DNA from: a virus | Virus record (IMG/VR): IMGVR_UViG_3300032132_000001 | Coordinates: 1 to 42,572 of that record | Strand: one strand, 5' to 3' | DNA: 42,572 nt | Shown: piece after piece, positions 8,706 through 17,578 of the stretch | How positions within the stretch are numbered: the stretch's first letter is position 1 | Layout of the letters: the number at the start of each line of letters is the position of its first letter | Position numbers and translations under genes: made by a program | The notes under the pieces: model-generated | What the model was told of the DNA's origin: nothing | Databases searched by the model: none | What the model saw: only the letters and a program-made list of their open reading frames with translations

Positions 8706-9106
8706 TAGTCTCTCACGTTGATCCCGCTGCGTCGCAGGGCGTTTACCAACTCGCCTACGATTCGTTTGGTTATGCTGTTGTGCCTGTTGGGATCTGTGGA
8801 TCCCTTATGGCATTTATTGCACTCTCGTAGTCCTGACAACACCGAAGATCGCAACCGCTGTCGAGACAGCTGTTTGGCTGTCGCTTTCCATTCTTGATAC
8901 AAGCGGTTGATCGCCCAAGGGAGCGCGTAATTGCTCCCTTTGGCGTCATCCGGGAATGTAGCCATGATCTCTTCGAGTTTGTGCAGAGTCTCTTCATTAA
9001 AGGTACTCCACTCAAACTCGTCGTGATCTAGATATGGCCTAAGTTCCGAATCCGAGCCTGGGGTTGGGAGAGGACTCGGAGTTGGCTTGCCATCCGAGTG
9101 ATTCAT
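8705..9106 (-). CDS. Hypothetical protein (start uncertain; overlaps AAA 3' end)
   Basis: ORF fills the gap, has a TAATG junction at 8705 and contains CNKC. Confidence 0.5.
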   Translation of the reverse strand: MNHSDGKPTPSPLPTPGSDSELRPYLDHDEFEWSTFNEETLHKLEEIMATFPDDAKGSNYALPWAINRLYQEWKATAKQLSRQRLRSSVLSGLRECNKCHKGSTDPNRHNSITKRIVGELVNALRRSGINVRD

Positions 9107-10649
9107 CGCCCATGTATTCCTGAGACACCTGATCGAGTGCTTTGTGCGGATCCTCTCCAAGCTTTACCTTCACAGCCACATCTTTCAATGTAGAGGCGAT
9201 GTGGCTCCCTAACACAATGTCAGGGTTGAATGTGGTGCGCACAAGATCGTTGGCGTCGAACTGTTCAGTTAGATTGTAGCGGTCGAGATAGAACTGAACG
9301 ATGTCCAGCTTCAACTGACCTTCGGGAGGGCCAAACTCAATACACATCCCCAAGCGACCAGGGCGGAGGATTGCCCTGTCGAACCGCTCAGGATAGTTTG
9401 TAGTTGCGACGGTGATGACGTCGTATTCCTTATCTCCGTCCAGCACATCCAGCAGCAAGGAGATGAAACGAGGACTTTCACTATCCCAACCTAACCCATC
9501 ACGCCTGACCTGGATCCCGTCCATGTCTTCGCAAACGATGATGTTGGGGCCGATCTTCTCCAGCCACGGGTAAATCTGGGCGAGGAAGCTCGCGGGCAGA
9601 TTGCTCACAAAGAATACTGTCGCCTCGCCGGCCACATCCTTGACGAGCTGGGTGATAGAAGCTGTCTTTCCTCCGCCTGGGAGTCCGTACAAGATGAGAC
9701 CCATCTTGCGTTCTCCTTTGCTGAGCTTGTCCCAGTTCCTCACCACTTTCTTGATGTGGTCGAACCTCTGCTGCTTCTGCTCGTCCAAGAGCGCAGGCTT
9801 GTCGGGGATCCCTCGGATAGTAAAGGAGAGATTGCCGTGCGAATCCGCGTCCACCTTGGTGATCTTGTTCTTGAACAAGCAATGCTTGAAGTAGAGCTGT
9901 GAGAATTCGTCGATGATCTTGGTCATGTCGTTTTTGGTTGACGTGACCAGGTAATCGACCAATGATGCGCTAGGCGTGGAGCTTTCCTTCCCCTTCTCGG
10001 TTGGGATGCCGAGAAGGATGAACACATCTCCCGAATCAAGTCCTACTCTGTAGACTCTGGCTAACTTGATGTGCTTTACTTCATCCCCCTCTTTCCACGA
10101 GATGCTCTGGTCGCTAGACGCGGACCGCATTGGGCTGAACATGATCTTGCCCGATGGTGAGTGGAAGAACACGCCTTCAGACACCAAAGGCTCACCTGCT
10201 GTGCTGAGAAAGTGAGCCTTATCTGCGTCTGTCAACCAGGGTTCTATCTGGTTCTTGTTGTAGTCGCCTTTGAGCTTGAGATATTTGGAGAGGAGAGTCT
10301 TGACAGCGATACGTTTCTTGGAAGCTCGTTCGTACTTGAGCTTCTCCATGTGTTCTCTCTGAGCTTTTAATTCCCCCTTCATGGCTTTCATAAGGAAGGA
10401 AAGCCCAGCTTCGTAAAGGTTACCGAACTGAACGCCCATCACATCATAGAACTGATCGGGGGTCAAACCCCATTCAGCTAGTGAGTCGATGAGCTTTCGT
10501 TTTTCGGCTCGATTCAGGTCTTTTCCAAGCACGACACGGGCGCGGAAGGCGTCCATGACCTTCGAGCGCACCTCTTCTCTTTGGTCGAAATCCTCGTCAG
10601 CGATTTGCTGGAGTTGTTCTCTGAGCTTTTCTTTGGAATTTTCCGACAT
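9039..10649 (-). CDS. AAA+ ATPase (classic clade) with uncharacterised N-terminal region
   Basis: Walker A GLPGGGKT, Walker B IIVCEDMD, sensor TTN, second region of homology DRAILRPGRL, C-terminal LGF, GAGGAG RBS. Confidence 0.9.
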   Translation of the reverse strand: MSENSKEKLREQLQQIADEDFDQREEVRSKVMDAFRARVVLGKDLNRAEKRKLIDSLAEWGLTPDQFYDVMGVQFGNLYEAGLSFLMKAMKGELKAQREHMEKLKYERASKKRIAVKTLLSKYLKLKGDYNKNQIEPWLTDADKAHFLSTAGEPLVSEGVFFHSPSGKIMFSPMRSASSDQSISWKEGDEVKHIKLARVYRVGLDSGDVFILLGIPTEKGKESSTPSASLVDYLVTSTKNDMTKIIDEFSQLYFKHCLFKNKITKVDADSHGNLSFTIRGIPDKPALLDEQKQQRFDHIKKVVRNWDKLSKGERKMGLILYGLPGGGKTASITQLVKDVAGEATVFFVSNLPASFLAQIYPWLEKIGPNIIVCEDMDGIQVRRDGLGWDSESPRFISLLLDVLDGDKEYDVITVATTNYPERFDRAILRPGRLGMCIEFGPPEGQLKLDIVQFYLDRYNLTEQFDANDLVRTTFNPDIVLGSHIASTLKDVAVKVKLGEDPHKALDQVSQEYMGDESLGWQANSESSPNPRLGFGT

Positions 10650-10731
10650 CTCGTCTCCTCGACGGCTTCTGAAGCCGGTCAGATACAGGCGTGTCGGACC
10701 ACCTCGCAGATTCTACTAATTTCATAGTGAT

Positions 10732-11313
10732 CTACTGTTTAATAGTCCAGCCATCCGCACCAGAGCGCCACTTGTACTTGTACCAAAGTGGGTTCTGCTT
10801 GCTATCGGTCAGATTTCCAAGGAGCTTAGAGTCCAACTTCTTCAAGACGATTCCTTCACTGCTCGGATCTTTCTTTGTCTGTTCGAAGAAAGCCTCATAC
10901 CCTGATGTGGTGGTCTGGGGCAACCGAAGTAGGGGGCTACGGTTGTGACGCATGATCTCTTGTACCATCTCCCATCGCTCGATTTCAGGCAAGCGGCCCA
11001 TCCACTTGTCTCCCCACCACAGCACGCCGAACAGGTAGATCATCTCGGGGCCAGTATAGTTGGGGCGACGTTTCATCCACTCACCATCTAGCACGCTGCC
11101 AGATGGAATGGGAAGATTAGCAATGGCAGTGGTGAAATCGAAGGACACGGGAAGCTTCTTCTGCTGCCGTGACCAAAACTCGATGTCATCATGCTCGTTC
11201 ATGACGATTAGGCATCGCCAGCCGTCGTGCTTAGACTGTGCCAGATACTCTCCATCTCGACAGATGGAGAGGGAGTTAATCTCTAGTGGTTTATCAGGAT
11301 AGCGCCATCGCAT
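10732..11313 (-). CDS. ATP-dependent ligase-like covalent nucleotidyltransferase, catalytic domain only (no OB domain)
   Basis: Motif I QSKHDGWR, III VLDGEW, IIIa YLFGVL, IV EGIVLK, V WYKYK; 193 aa. Confidence 0.85.
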   Translation of the reverse strand: MRWRYPDKPLEINSLSICRDGEYLAQSKHDGWRCLIVMNEHDDIEFWSRQQKKLPVSFDFTTAIANLPIPSGSVLDGEWMKRRPNYTGPEMIYLFGVLWWGDKWMGRLPEIERWEMVQEIMRHNRSPLLRLPQTTTSGYEAFFEQTKKDPSSEGIVLKKLDSKLLGNLTDSKQNPLWYKYKWRSGADGWTIKQ

Positions 11314-11314
11314 A

Positions 11315-11983
11315 TTACACCACCAATCCGATATTGGCTAGCACCTCGTCTAGGTTGTTGATTCTAAACGGGTCTAGTTGATATTGCTTGTCCAGGGACA
11401 GGTTGCCATTGCTGTCCATCTTCCAGTCACCCTTGATCGGCTTGAGAGTCTTGAGATCGAGCATGAACCTGATCTCACCATAGCAGTACTCCCACTGCAC
11501 CCCGTTATCTGCGCAAGCGAACTTCCCTTCAATGACCCCATAGGGTGCATCGTATTCGGGGTCGCTCAAGATCTCGTGGTCACCTAGTTTGGTCAGCTTG
11601 TACGAGATGCGCTTACACTTGGGCTTCTCAACCTTCTTGCACTTGCGATGTTCTTTACATTCCTTGCGGATGCTGTCAACATAGTCTTGGATCTGCTTTT
11701 TACTCCAGTTGTATTTGCTGACCTCCTTCTCTTTCCGCACAGCATAGTCGCAGTGCTTAGGTGTGCAACCTTTATGGTTACACTTAGTTTCTCTAGTGCG
11801 CACCAGACACGGCCTATATCCACAAGTCCTGTGCCTGCAGAATTCTGACTTCCCCTTGAGCACTGCAAACCCCAAGAACTTGGCGGTAAACAACATGCCA
11901 CTGGAGTGTTCGTGTTGGAAGAACTCCCCGTTCCCAGCTTGGAGACGGGGATGGTTCCTCACTTTAGTCCGACCTTTGGCCAT
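11315..11983 (-). CDS. Cys/His-rich hypothetical protein, CxHxxCGY paralogue family
   Basis: CRHRTCGY...EILSDPEYD...FMLDLK, matching 32702-33205 and 36124-36567. Confidence 0.7.
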   Translation of the reverse strand: MAKGRTKVRNHPRLQAGNGEFFQHEHSSGMLFTAKFLGFAVLKGKSEFCRHRTCGYRPCLVRTRETKCNHKGCTPKHCDYAVRKEKEVSKYNWSKKQIQDYVDSIRKECKEHRKCKKVEKPKCKRISYKLTKLGDHEILSDPEYDAPYGVIEGKFACADNGVQWEYCYGEIRFMLDLKTLKPIKGDWKMDSNGNLSLDKQYQLDPFRINNLDEVLANIGLVV

Positions 11984-12600
11984 TATTGCCTCAGTAAGAT
12001 CTGCTTCAAGGCGGGGTCGTCAGTCAGCAACATCTTCAACACGAACGAGTGCCCCATCTTGCGCTTCGGATTGTTCAGGACATGGGTCAGATCCTGACCC
12101 TTCTTGTCGTGGTCGTAGCCATCGAAATCTCGGAAGATCAAGTGGGTTTGGCTCTGGTATAAACCCTGCAGCTGCGTCCATCCCGCCGTCTTCTGGACGG
12201 CTTCGGCGTAGAGCGGGGCGTAGATCTCCTTACGGGCGTCGATGTACCCAAGCTTACGTCCGTCCCACCAGGCGTGAAGGGGCTTCTTGCCCCGGCCCAT
12301 TGGAAATCGGATGGCCTTCGGGTTCTTGATCCCCTTATCCATCCAGTCCCAGAACGTCTGGGTGGGGTTACCGCTCTTGTCGGCATGGACTGCGTACAAC
12401 TTGGTGAACTGCCACCCGTTCTCCATGTTGAGAGCGGTGTGCTTTCCGTAGAGCGGGCACGGCCCGATGACGAATGGGCTTAGGTCGAGCTGCCAAGCAG
12501 CTGGGTGGGATGGCTTACCACCAAAGCAGGTGTTGATGACCGTTGCGTTGGTCGTGTCTACTTTTTGTCGGAATCCGACGACTTGAATCCGGGCAGGCAT
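11983..12600 (-). CDS. DUF6939-like protein, possibly NADAR-fold ADP-ribose processing enzyme
   Basis: LSPF, ENGWQFTK, PMG, LGYIDARKEIYAPLY and GHSFVL motifs, recalled from this family; not verified by search. Confidence 0.5.
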   Translation of the reverse strand: MPARIQVVGFRQKVDTTNATVINTCFGGKPSHPAAWQLDLSPFVIGPCPLYGKHTALNMENGWQFTKLYAVHADKSGNPTQTFWDWMDKGIKNPKAIRFPMGRGKKPLHAWWDGRKLGYIDARKEIYAPLYAEAVQKTAGWTQLQGLYQSQTHLIFRDFDGYDHDKKGQDLTHVLNNPKRKMGHSFVLKMLLTDDPALKQILLRQ

Positions 12601-12860
12601 TGCTCAGCTCGATATAGGATGTATTCGTGGTCGAAGAAGAACGAGACTTCTCCGTTGGATAGATAGGCCCCATCTCCTGGCTCAACCTGACAATTCCAGC
12701 CCCATGCTTTGTCTCCATCGTCTATGATAGGGATTGTTGCATAGAGCATGGTTTCGATCAGGCTCTGATCCTTCCAGGGGAGCTTGCCTAGAAGGCTGAA
12801 ATCCAGGCGGGCATAGCTTATCCCGCCTTCTTTCCACCACTCAACAGCCGCAGTTATCAT
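12558..12860 (-). CDS. Hypothetical protein
   Basis: 100-aa ORF in the array. Confidence 0.55.
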   Translation of the reverse strand: MITAAVEWWKEGGISYARLDFSLLGKLPWKDQSLIETMLYATIPIIDDGDKAWGWNCQVEPGDGAYLSNGEVSFFFDHEYILYRAEQCLPGFKSSDSDKK

Positions 12861-13506
12861 CGTTGCAACAGGTCTTCTTTTCTTTCGGTTCCTCGGGTTC
12901 TTCTTCCGGGGGCTCTACCTCTTCCTCGATGAAAGTGGCAATACTCGGGCAATGTTCGCTCTTCCACTCTGTCAGAGCGACCTGATAGTGCCTAGTTTCA
13001 ATGGGCATCGGGCCGAACTTGGCCTCGTACGCGGCTTTGAACTGCGCTTCCAGCTCACGCTCGTGCTGCTGATCCTTGTCGTACTCCAGGCTGGCTTCCA
13101 AGACCGCTTGGAAGTCGGAGAAGGTCCCGCCACTGTCGATGTACTCGTACAGGTTCTTCAGCTGCATCGCTGCCGTCTTCGTGTCTCCACGAGAAATGGA
13201 GTTCAGAGCGGTCATGAGCGGATAGTCGCCCGCTTCCTTCTCTAGTTCCTCGGGGATCCCGACGCGCCGCCTTACTTCCTCATAGACCAGAGGAAGTTGG
13301 TCGTACAGCTCGTCCGTATCGGTGAGGTGGTAATACCTGCGACCGCAGCTGCAGTAGACCACACGAAGCTCTAGCTTCTCCACCTTTGCGAACTTGCGCA
13401 TCTTAGCTTTCAGTTCGAAGACTTCGTGCATCTTCTTACTGTCGATTTCTCTTGGCTCTAGATCCTTATGCCAGACCTGTTGGCCACAGTCGCAAGTGAT
13501 GTTCAT
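12841..13506 (-). CDS. Hypothetical protein with zinc-ribbon-like CxCG pairs
   Basis: CDCG...CSCG; TAATG junction. Confidence 0.75.
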   Translation of the reverse strand: MNITCDCGQQVWHKDLEPREIDSKKMHEVFELKAKMRKFAKVEKLELRVVYCSCGRRYYHLTDTDELYDQLPLVYEEVRRRVGIPEELEKEAGDYPLMTALNSISRGDTKTAAMQLKNLYEYIDSGGTFSDFQAVLEASLEYDKDQQHERELEAQFKAAYEAKFGPMPIETRHYQVALTEWKSEHCPSIATFIEEEVEPPEEEPEEPKEKKTCCNDDNCGC

Positions 13507-14282
13507 TAGTCGCTTTTCCAGTGTTGGTTGATCTCGTGAATCTGCCGCAGATGCAGCGTGATCCCCGGATAACTCTTGATTTTCTTCACACAGAACGGGC
13601 AGCGTACCCCGCTATCCTTAGGGATAGACGAGGATTGCCTGATATAGGCAGCTAGTTCCTTTGAGTGGAAGTCGTTAAGCGCCCTGAAAAGGTGCGCCAA
13701 TAGCTTGACTTTCTCTTGGAGCCGCATTCTGTTGATCGCCGCTTTGCGGACATTCATGGTGTCCTTTGGATGGTGGGCGACCTTTCGAATAAACTCATGG
13801 TCAGCAGGCAGGTCAGTGAGGGCAATAATAGCAGCGCTCTCAGGGATAGGCCATTGCTTGCTTTTTGTGTACTCCCACATCTGGACGACAAAATCTGGAT
13901 CCATCTTGGTGGGATTGCTTGCTAGCCCATCCCAAGCTGCGTGCATTCTATCCCCATCTAGTGTAGACAACCAACCTTCCACCATTGGTTGGTCAACATA
14001 CTTGGCGATAGTCTTTACTGCCCCCGTATCCATCCTATGAGCTTGCTCTGCCAACTTCCGAATCAGTGTTGGGTTGTTGTGCTTCTCAAGAGCTTCCCGA
14101 ATATCCTTAGCGTACTGGCTCCAGAAAATGTTGATTGCCAGTTGTTCATCGTACTCGAACAACAACAATGGGGGCAAGGAGACGATCAACTTACTAAGAA
14201 CATCACGATCAGCTTTATGGATCGCAACATAGGTCAGAAAAAGCTCTGGGTCGAAATCGGGATCGGATAGTACATTGGACAT
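13506..14282 (-). CDS. Hypothetical helical protein with N-terminal SDPxFDP motif and C-terminal C2H2 zinc finger; probable paralogue of 4203-4994
   Basis: VLSDPDFDP; CPFCVKKIKSYPGITLHLRQIH; GGAG RBS. Confidence 0.75.
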   Translation of the reverse strand: MSNVLSDPDFDPELFLTYVAIHKADRDVLSKLIVSLPPLLLFEYDEQLAINIFWSQYAKDIREALEKHNNPTLIRKLAEQAHRMDTGAVKTIAKYVDQPMVEGWLSTLDGDRMHAAWDGLASNPTKMDPDFVVQMWEYTKSKQWPIPESAAIIALTDLPADHEFIRKVAHHPKDTMNVRKAAINRMRLQEKVKLLAHLFRALNDFHSKELAAYIRQSSSIPKDSGVRCPFCVKKIKSYPGITLHLRQIHEINQHWKSD

Positions 14283-14295
14283 TATCGTCTCCGGG

Positions 14296-14327
14296 GGTGG
14301 GGACCCAACGTGCCACGGGTCCCCACC
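14296..14327 (-). promoter_or_regulatory. 11-bp perfect hairpin whose loop carries the conserved 13-mer (copy 2)
   Basis: Plus strand GGTGGGGACCC-AACGTGCCAC-GGGTCCCCACC. Confidence 0.8.
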
Positions 14328-14335
14328 TTTTTATA

Positions 14336-14881
14336 CTAGAGGGTGATCTTCACCTCGTTCTCACTTTCGAAGCGAGCCTCAACCTCCTTGCGCTTGGCGT
14401 CCAGCAACTTCTCCAAGCTCATGAAGCCGAACTCCATCACGTCCGACATGTTGAAGAGGAGAGCGAGGCGACGAGCCTCATCCAGCTTCTTCCGCGCCTG
14501 GGCGACGGACCACAAGCTGTTCTTCTCCCAATCCTTCTTGTCCTCTAGCTCAGCGAGCTTCTCCTCCTGTTTCTGGAGACGGGACATCAAGGTCTCCTTG
14601 GACTGTGCGATGAGATGCTGGAAGGCATCCTTGCACGCGTCGTCCAGAGCCTTCTGGTCGGAATCATCGAACTTGAGGATCCGGTATCGGATCCGCATGT
14701 TCTTCTCTTCCTGGATCTCCTTCAAGATCCGCTCCACGTCGTCCTTCATGGACCAGTGGATGAGGTAGACACTCCACGTCATCGGGAGGCAGTATCCCTT
14801 GATCTGACGCCGAAGCTTGTTGTAGACACTCCGCTGGGTTACCGGAACGTCGTAGCACAAAACACCCATGGGCTCAGCCAT
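14336..14881 (-). CDS. Cas2/VapD-like (PaaX/ChrB-N-type ferredoxin fold) domain fused to a coiled coil
   Basis: VLCYDVP...YNKLRRQIKGY...WSVYLI matches the Cas2-like pattern hhxYDh...K.R..LKxY....SV(F/Y). GAGG RBS. Confidence 0.6.
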   Translation of the reverse strand: MAEPMGVLCYDVPVTQRSVYNKLRRQIKGYCLPMTWSVYLIHWSMKDDVERILKEIQEEKNMRIRYRILKFDDSDQKALDDACKDAFQHLIAQSKETLMSRLQKQEEKLAELEDKKDWEKNSLWSVAQARKKLDEARRLALLFNMSDVMEFGFMSLEKLLDAKRKEVEARFESENEVKITL

Positions 14882-14895
14882 GATAACCTCTTCAT

Positions 14896-15591
14896 CTAGA
14901 AGCTAATGGTGACCTCAACAGATTCTTCAACCTGCTCTTGGTCTTTTCGCTTCGCATTTCGGAGCTTAGACTGCTCCTTTGAGTAAGCCTTTTGGCAAGG
15001 CTTACAACGGGTGACCTGGTGAAGGTCAGCCTTATGACACTCACGTTCGGTGCCACAGTCTGCACAATCGATGATCCAGACTTTCGGTTCGCCCTCTTTT
15101 TGTCTTGCAGTGGGATTGGGGCTTACCCACGGCTTCTTTTCTTTCTTGACCCGCTTCTTTTTCTTCGGTGCTTCTGAAGTGGTTGCGGGTTCGTATACCT
15201 CCCTCGGCTTGGTCTTGGGCCGGCTCACGATCCTGTGAATGAGGATACGGGATCCAGTCTCACTTGCCGGGTTAAGTTCAGATTCTTCGACGGTGATTTC
15301 GCCTGGATCGAAATGCCTCAGGTACTTGTCCCTGGGAAATTCGAAGGCAATAATCGGAGCGTCGATATCGTTATGTTCCTCCAGCAGAGTCTTAGCCACA
15401 GGATCTGCATAGATCACGTCTATAGAAGCCAGCTGCTTTCCGCTCATGTACTTCACATCCTTAAACGTATCAGATGTGCAGCACCAAACAGAAGCTGGCG
15501 ACCCGGCAAACGTGGTTGGATTGCCGAGTGCATAGACGTAGTGGTGTTTCTCCTGGAAGAGTGCAACGAGTATTTTATATCGCTTTTGCAT
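14896..15591 (-). CDS. Hypothetical protein with Lys-rich linker and C-terminal C4 zinc ribbon
   Basis: CADCG...CKPC; GGAGAG RBS. Confidence 0.7.
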   Translation of the reverse strand: MQKRYKILVALFQEKHHYVYALGNPTTFAGSPASVWCCTSDTFKDVKYMSGKQLASIDVIYADPVAKTLLEEHNDIDAPIIAFEFPRDKYLRHFDPGEITVEESELNPASETGSRILIHRIVSRPKTKPREVYEPATTSEAPKKKKRVKKEKKPWVSPNPTARQKEGEPKVWIIDCADCGTERECHKADLHQVTRCKPCQKAYSKEQSKLRNAKRKDQEQVEESVEVTISF

Positions 15592-15599
15592 GCTCTCTC

Positions 15600-16190
15600 C
15601 TAGAGTAGGTCTCCATCAATTTCATCGATATGCTCGGTCTCACAGTACCGAACATATGCCAACATTACATCTCCTACCTCCTTCATCAAGTTGGGATCAG
15701 CTAGTGCATATGGCTCATTTATGCGGAGCCCGTGGTGTTCAGCGTTGGTTGCTGGCTGGATGGTGAATCGGATGGCCTCCTTACGGTGATGCATCTTGAT
15801 CGTAGCGTAAGTGTTATAGATCATCCTGGACTGATTGCCACTCCAGCATTCCTTCATGTCGCGATTGACGATGGTGAGATCGGACCCAACCAGACGGGAA
15901 CCACGCCAGGTGGCGGTCCCCGTCACGATGAAGTCGCTCCATTTCAGCCCAGCCGACTCGATGCCTTCCAGCAGGACGGCTTTCATGATACGGATTTCTC
16001 TCAACCCCTGCCGTCGCTTTGGGTTATCGTAGGTCTCTACTCCTGTGACCTCAGCCTGGTGGATCTTGACAACTCGACCACCGTGCTTGACTCGGACGAA
16101 CCGGTTTACTAAATGGGACCTAGACCAGTCACTCTGGTCCCCCTGGACTTCGATCTCCAGCTGGAGCCTAACGATCGACTTCTTGTGCAT
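15600..16190 (-). CDS. Hypothetical protein
   Basis: AGGAG RBS; 196 aa. Confidence 0.7.
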   Translation of the reverse strand: MHKKSIVRLQLEIEVQGDQSDWSRSHLVNRFVRVKHGGRVVKIHQAEVTGVETYDNPKRRQGLREIRIMKAVLLEGIESAGLKWSDFIVTGTATWRGSRLVGSDLTIVNRDMKECWSGNQSRMIYNTYATIKMHHRKEAIRFTIQPATNAEHHGLRINEPYALADPNLMKEVGDVMLAYVRYCETEHIDEIDGDLL

Positions 16191-16294
16191 GGAGACTCCT
16201 TTTGATGGTGTTTTCGGGCCGCTTCTCAGCCTATCTGTGAAATACGACAGCCGAGGACTATTGGGTGTGCGCGCTCACCGCCTTCGAGGCGGGC

Positions 16295-16657
16295 TCACGA
16301 TATGGTCTCGTATCTCTCCATAAACTTCCTAAGGAGTCCCTTGAAGTCGGGATGGAGGAAGTGGAGATGCAAGGATGAAGGATGGGATCCTTCATCTGGG
16401 GTTACGGGGGAGCGGTTGATCTGAACTATCAGCTGATCAATAGCTATCAGATATCGATTATGTATAGTACGAAATGATAACCTAGTCTGCTGATATCGAT
16501 GCTTCCCATTTGGGATCTGCAGGTTGTACAACTGCAAACACACCAATTGCAGTGGACTCCACTGGATCACCGGTCGCTGGGTGCGATCTAGATCAGACCA
16601 ATGAAAATCAGCAGGATATCGCATAACAAAGGGCTCCGGGCGAACCCGGAGCCCCAT
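16295..16657 (-). CDS. Possible hypothetical protein (alternative start 16624)
   Basis: AAGGAG precedes ATG 16657, but a terminator-like hairpin overlaps the first codons and the region is palindrome-rich. Confidence 0.35.
   Translation of the reverse strand: MGLRVRPEPFVMRYPADFHWSDLDRTQRPVIQWSPLQLVCLQLYNLQIPNGKHRYQQTRLSFRTIHNRYLIAIDQLIVQINRSPVTPDEGSHPSSLHLHFLHPDFKGLLRKFMERYETIS
16625..16654 (-). terminator. Rho-independent terminator-like hairpin
   Basis: Minus strand GGGCTCCGGG-TTCG-CCCGGAGCCC followed by TTTGTT. Confidence 0.65.
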
Positions 16658-16739
16658 TCTCTCCTTGCACGTACCCGCACCAGCTTAGACATGTGCGACC
16701 TATTGGTCACGTATTCAATGCTGGGTATAGGGTTAAGAG

Positions 16740-17450
16740 TTACGCTGGCTTGAGGGCCGGCTTGTACGGCTTGACGATGCCCTGGTCCATGACCTCCTGG
16801 GCCTTCTCCCGCACTTCGTCGTTGACGGAGCGCTGCTGATGGAAGGCGTCGGTCGGCGCGATCTTCTGCGTGACTTCGAAGTACTCACCGAAGACGTCGC
16901 TGCCGAAGGTCTCCACGAGCTTGCCGACGAACTCCGGGTCCTCCAGAGCTTTCGCAGCGACCTTGACTTCGCTCTTCTTGACGAAGAACTCGTCGTAGCG
17001 GTCACCGAAGGTCTCCTGCAGATCCTCTTCGAACTCGGTGCTGATGGGTGAGTACTGGTTCTTGGTGCTGACGACCACCATGCCGTCGATGGCTACCGAC
17101 GATTGGAATTCGCCCTTGGCGCACTCTTCCAGTCGCTTCTTCTCGGCCTCTGGGATGATCTGAGCTTCGGCCTGAGCCATCCGCGCCTTTGCATCCTTGA
17201 GATCGGCGTGAGCATCCTTCCACTGTCCGATGACGCCCTTCTCTGCGATACCTTCGATCTTCACCGACTTGGTGAGTTCGGGCGACATCTTGTCGCTGAG
17301 ATTCTCCAGCTCTTCCTGGAGCTTCTGGGCGCGATCAGGGATGATGGGAGCGACCAGCGTTGGAATGCTGACGTCCGGGGTTTTGGATTTGGACTTCTTC
17401 TTGGACTTGGGCTTCGCAGCCTTGCCCAACATATCATTAAGGTCTACCAT
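16740..17450 (-). CDS. Hypothetical protein with basic N-terminus and high-GC3 codon usage
   Basis: GAGGAG RBS; 236 aa; preceded by a structured leader. Confidence 0.8.
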   Translation of the reverse strand: MVDLNDMLGKAAKPKSKKKSKSKTPDVSIPTLVAPIIPDRAQKLQEELENLSDKMSPELTKSVKIEGIAEKGVIGQWKDAHADLKDAKARMAQAEAQIIPEAEKKRLEECAKGEFQSSVAIDGMVVVSTKNQYSPISTEFEEDLQETFGDRYDEFFVKKSEVKVAAKALEDPEFVGKLVETFGSDVFGEYFEVTQKIAPTDAFHQQRSVNDEVREKAQEVMDQGIVKPYKPALKPA

Positions 17451-17480
17451 TGTCTCCTCGTTGCTATCGATAGGTAATAA

Positions 17481-17578
17481 TTCGGGCGAGCCGGCGTGGC
17501 CCGCCCGAAAAGGGAGATTGGGAGAGGTGACGGCCTCTCAGAGGTGGGAGATACCTCTGGCGACCAGAACGGTCGCCG
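17481..17578 (-). ncRNA. Candidate structured RNA/leader with four consecutive hairpins
   Basis: GGCGACC/GGTCGCC, CAGAGGT/ACCTCTG, GAGAGG/CCTCTC, TTCGGGCGGGCC/GGCTCGCCCGAA. Confidence 0.4.

Noticed and set aside
14296-16740. CRISPR array or cas operon near the Cas2-like gene
   Set aside because: No regularly spaced repeat-spacer units and no cas1 or other cas genes are visible. The 13-mer copies are kilobases apart.
16740-17450. Mu Gam-like DNA end-binding protein
   Set aside because: Only a vague coiled-coil plus beta pattern and no diagnostic motif, so it was left as hypothetical.
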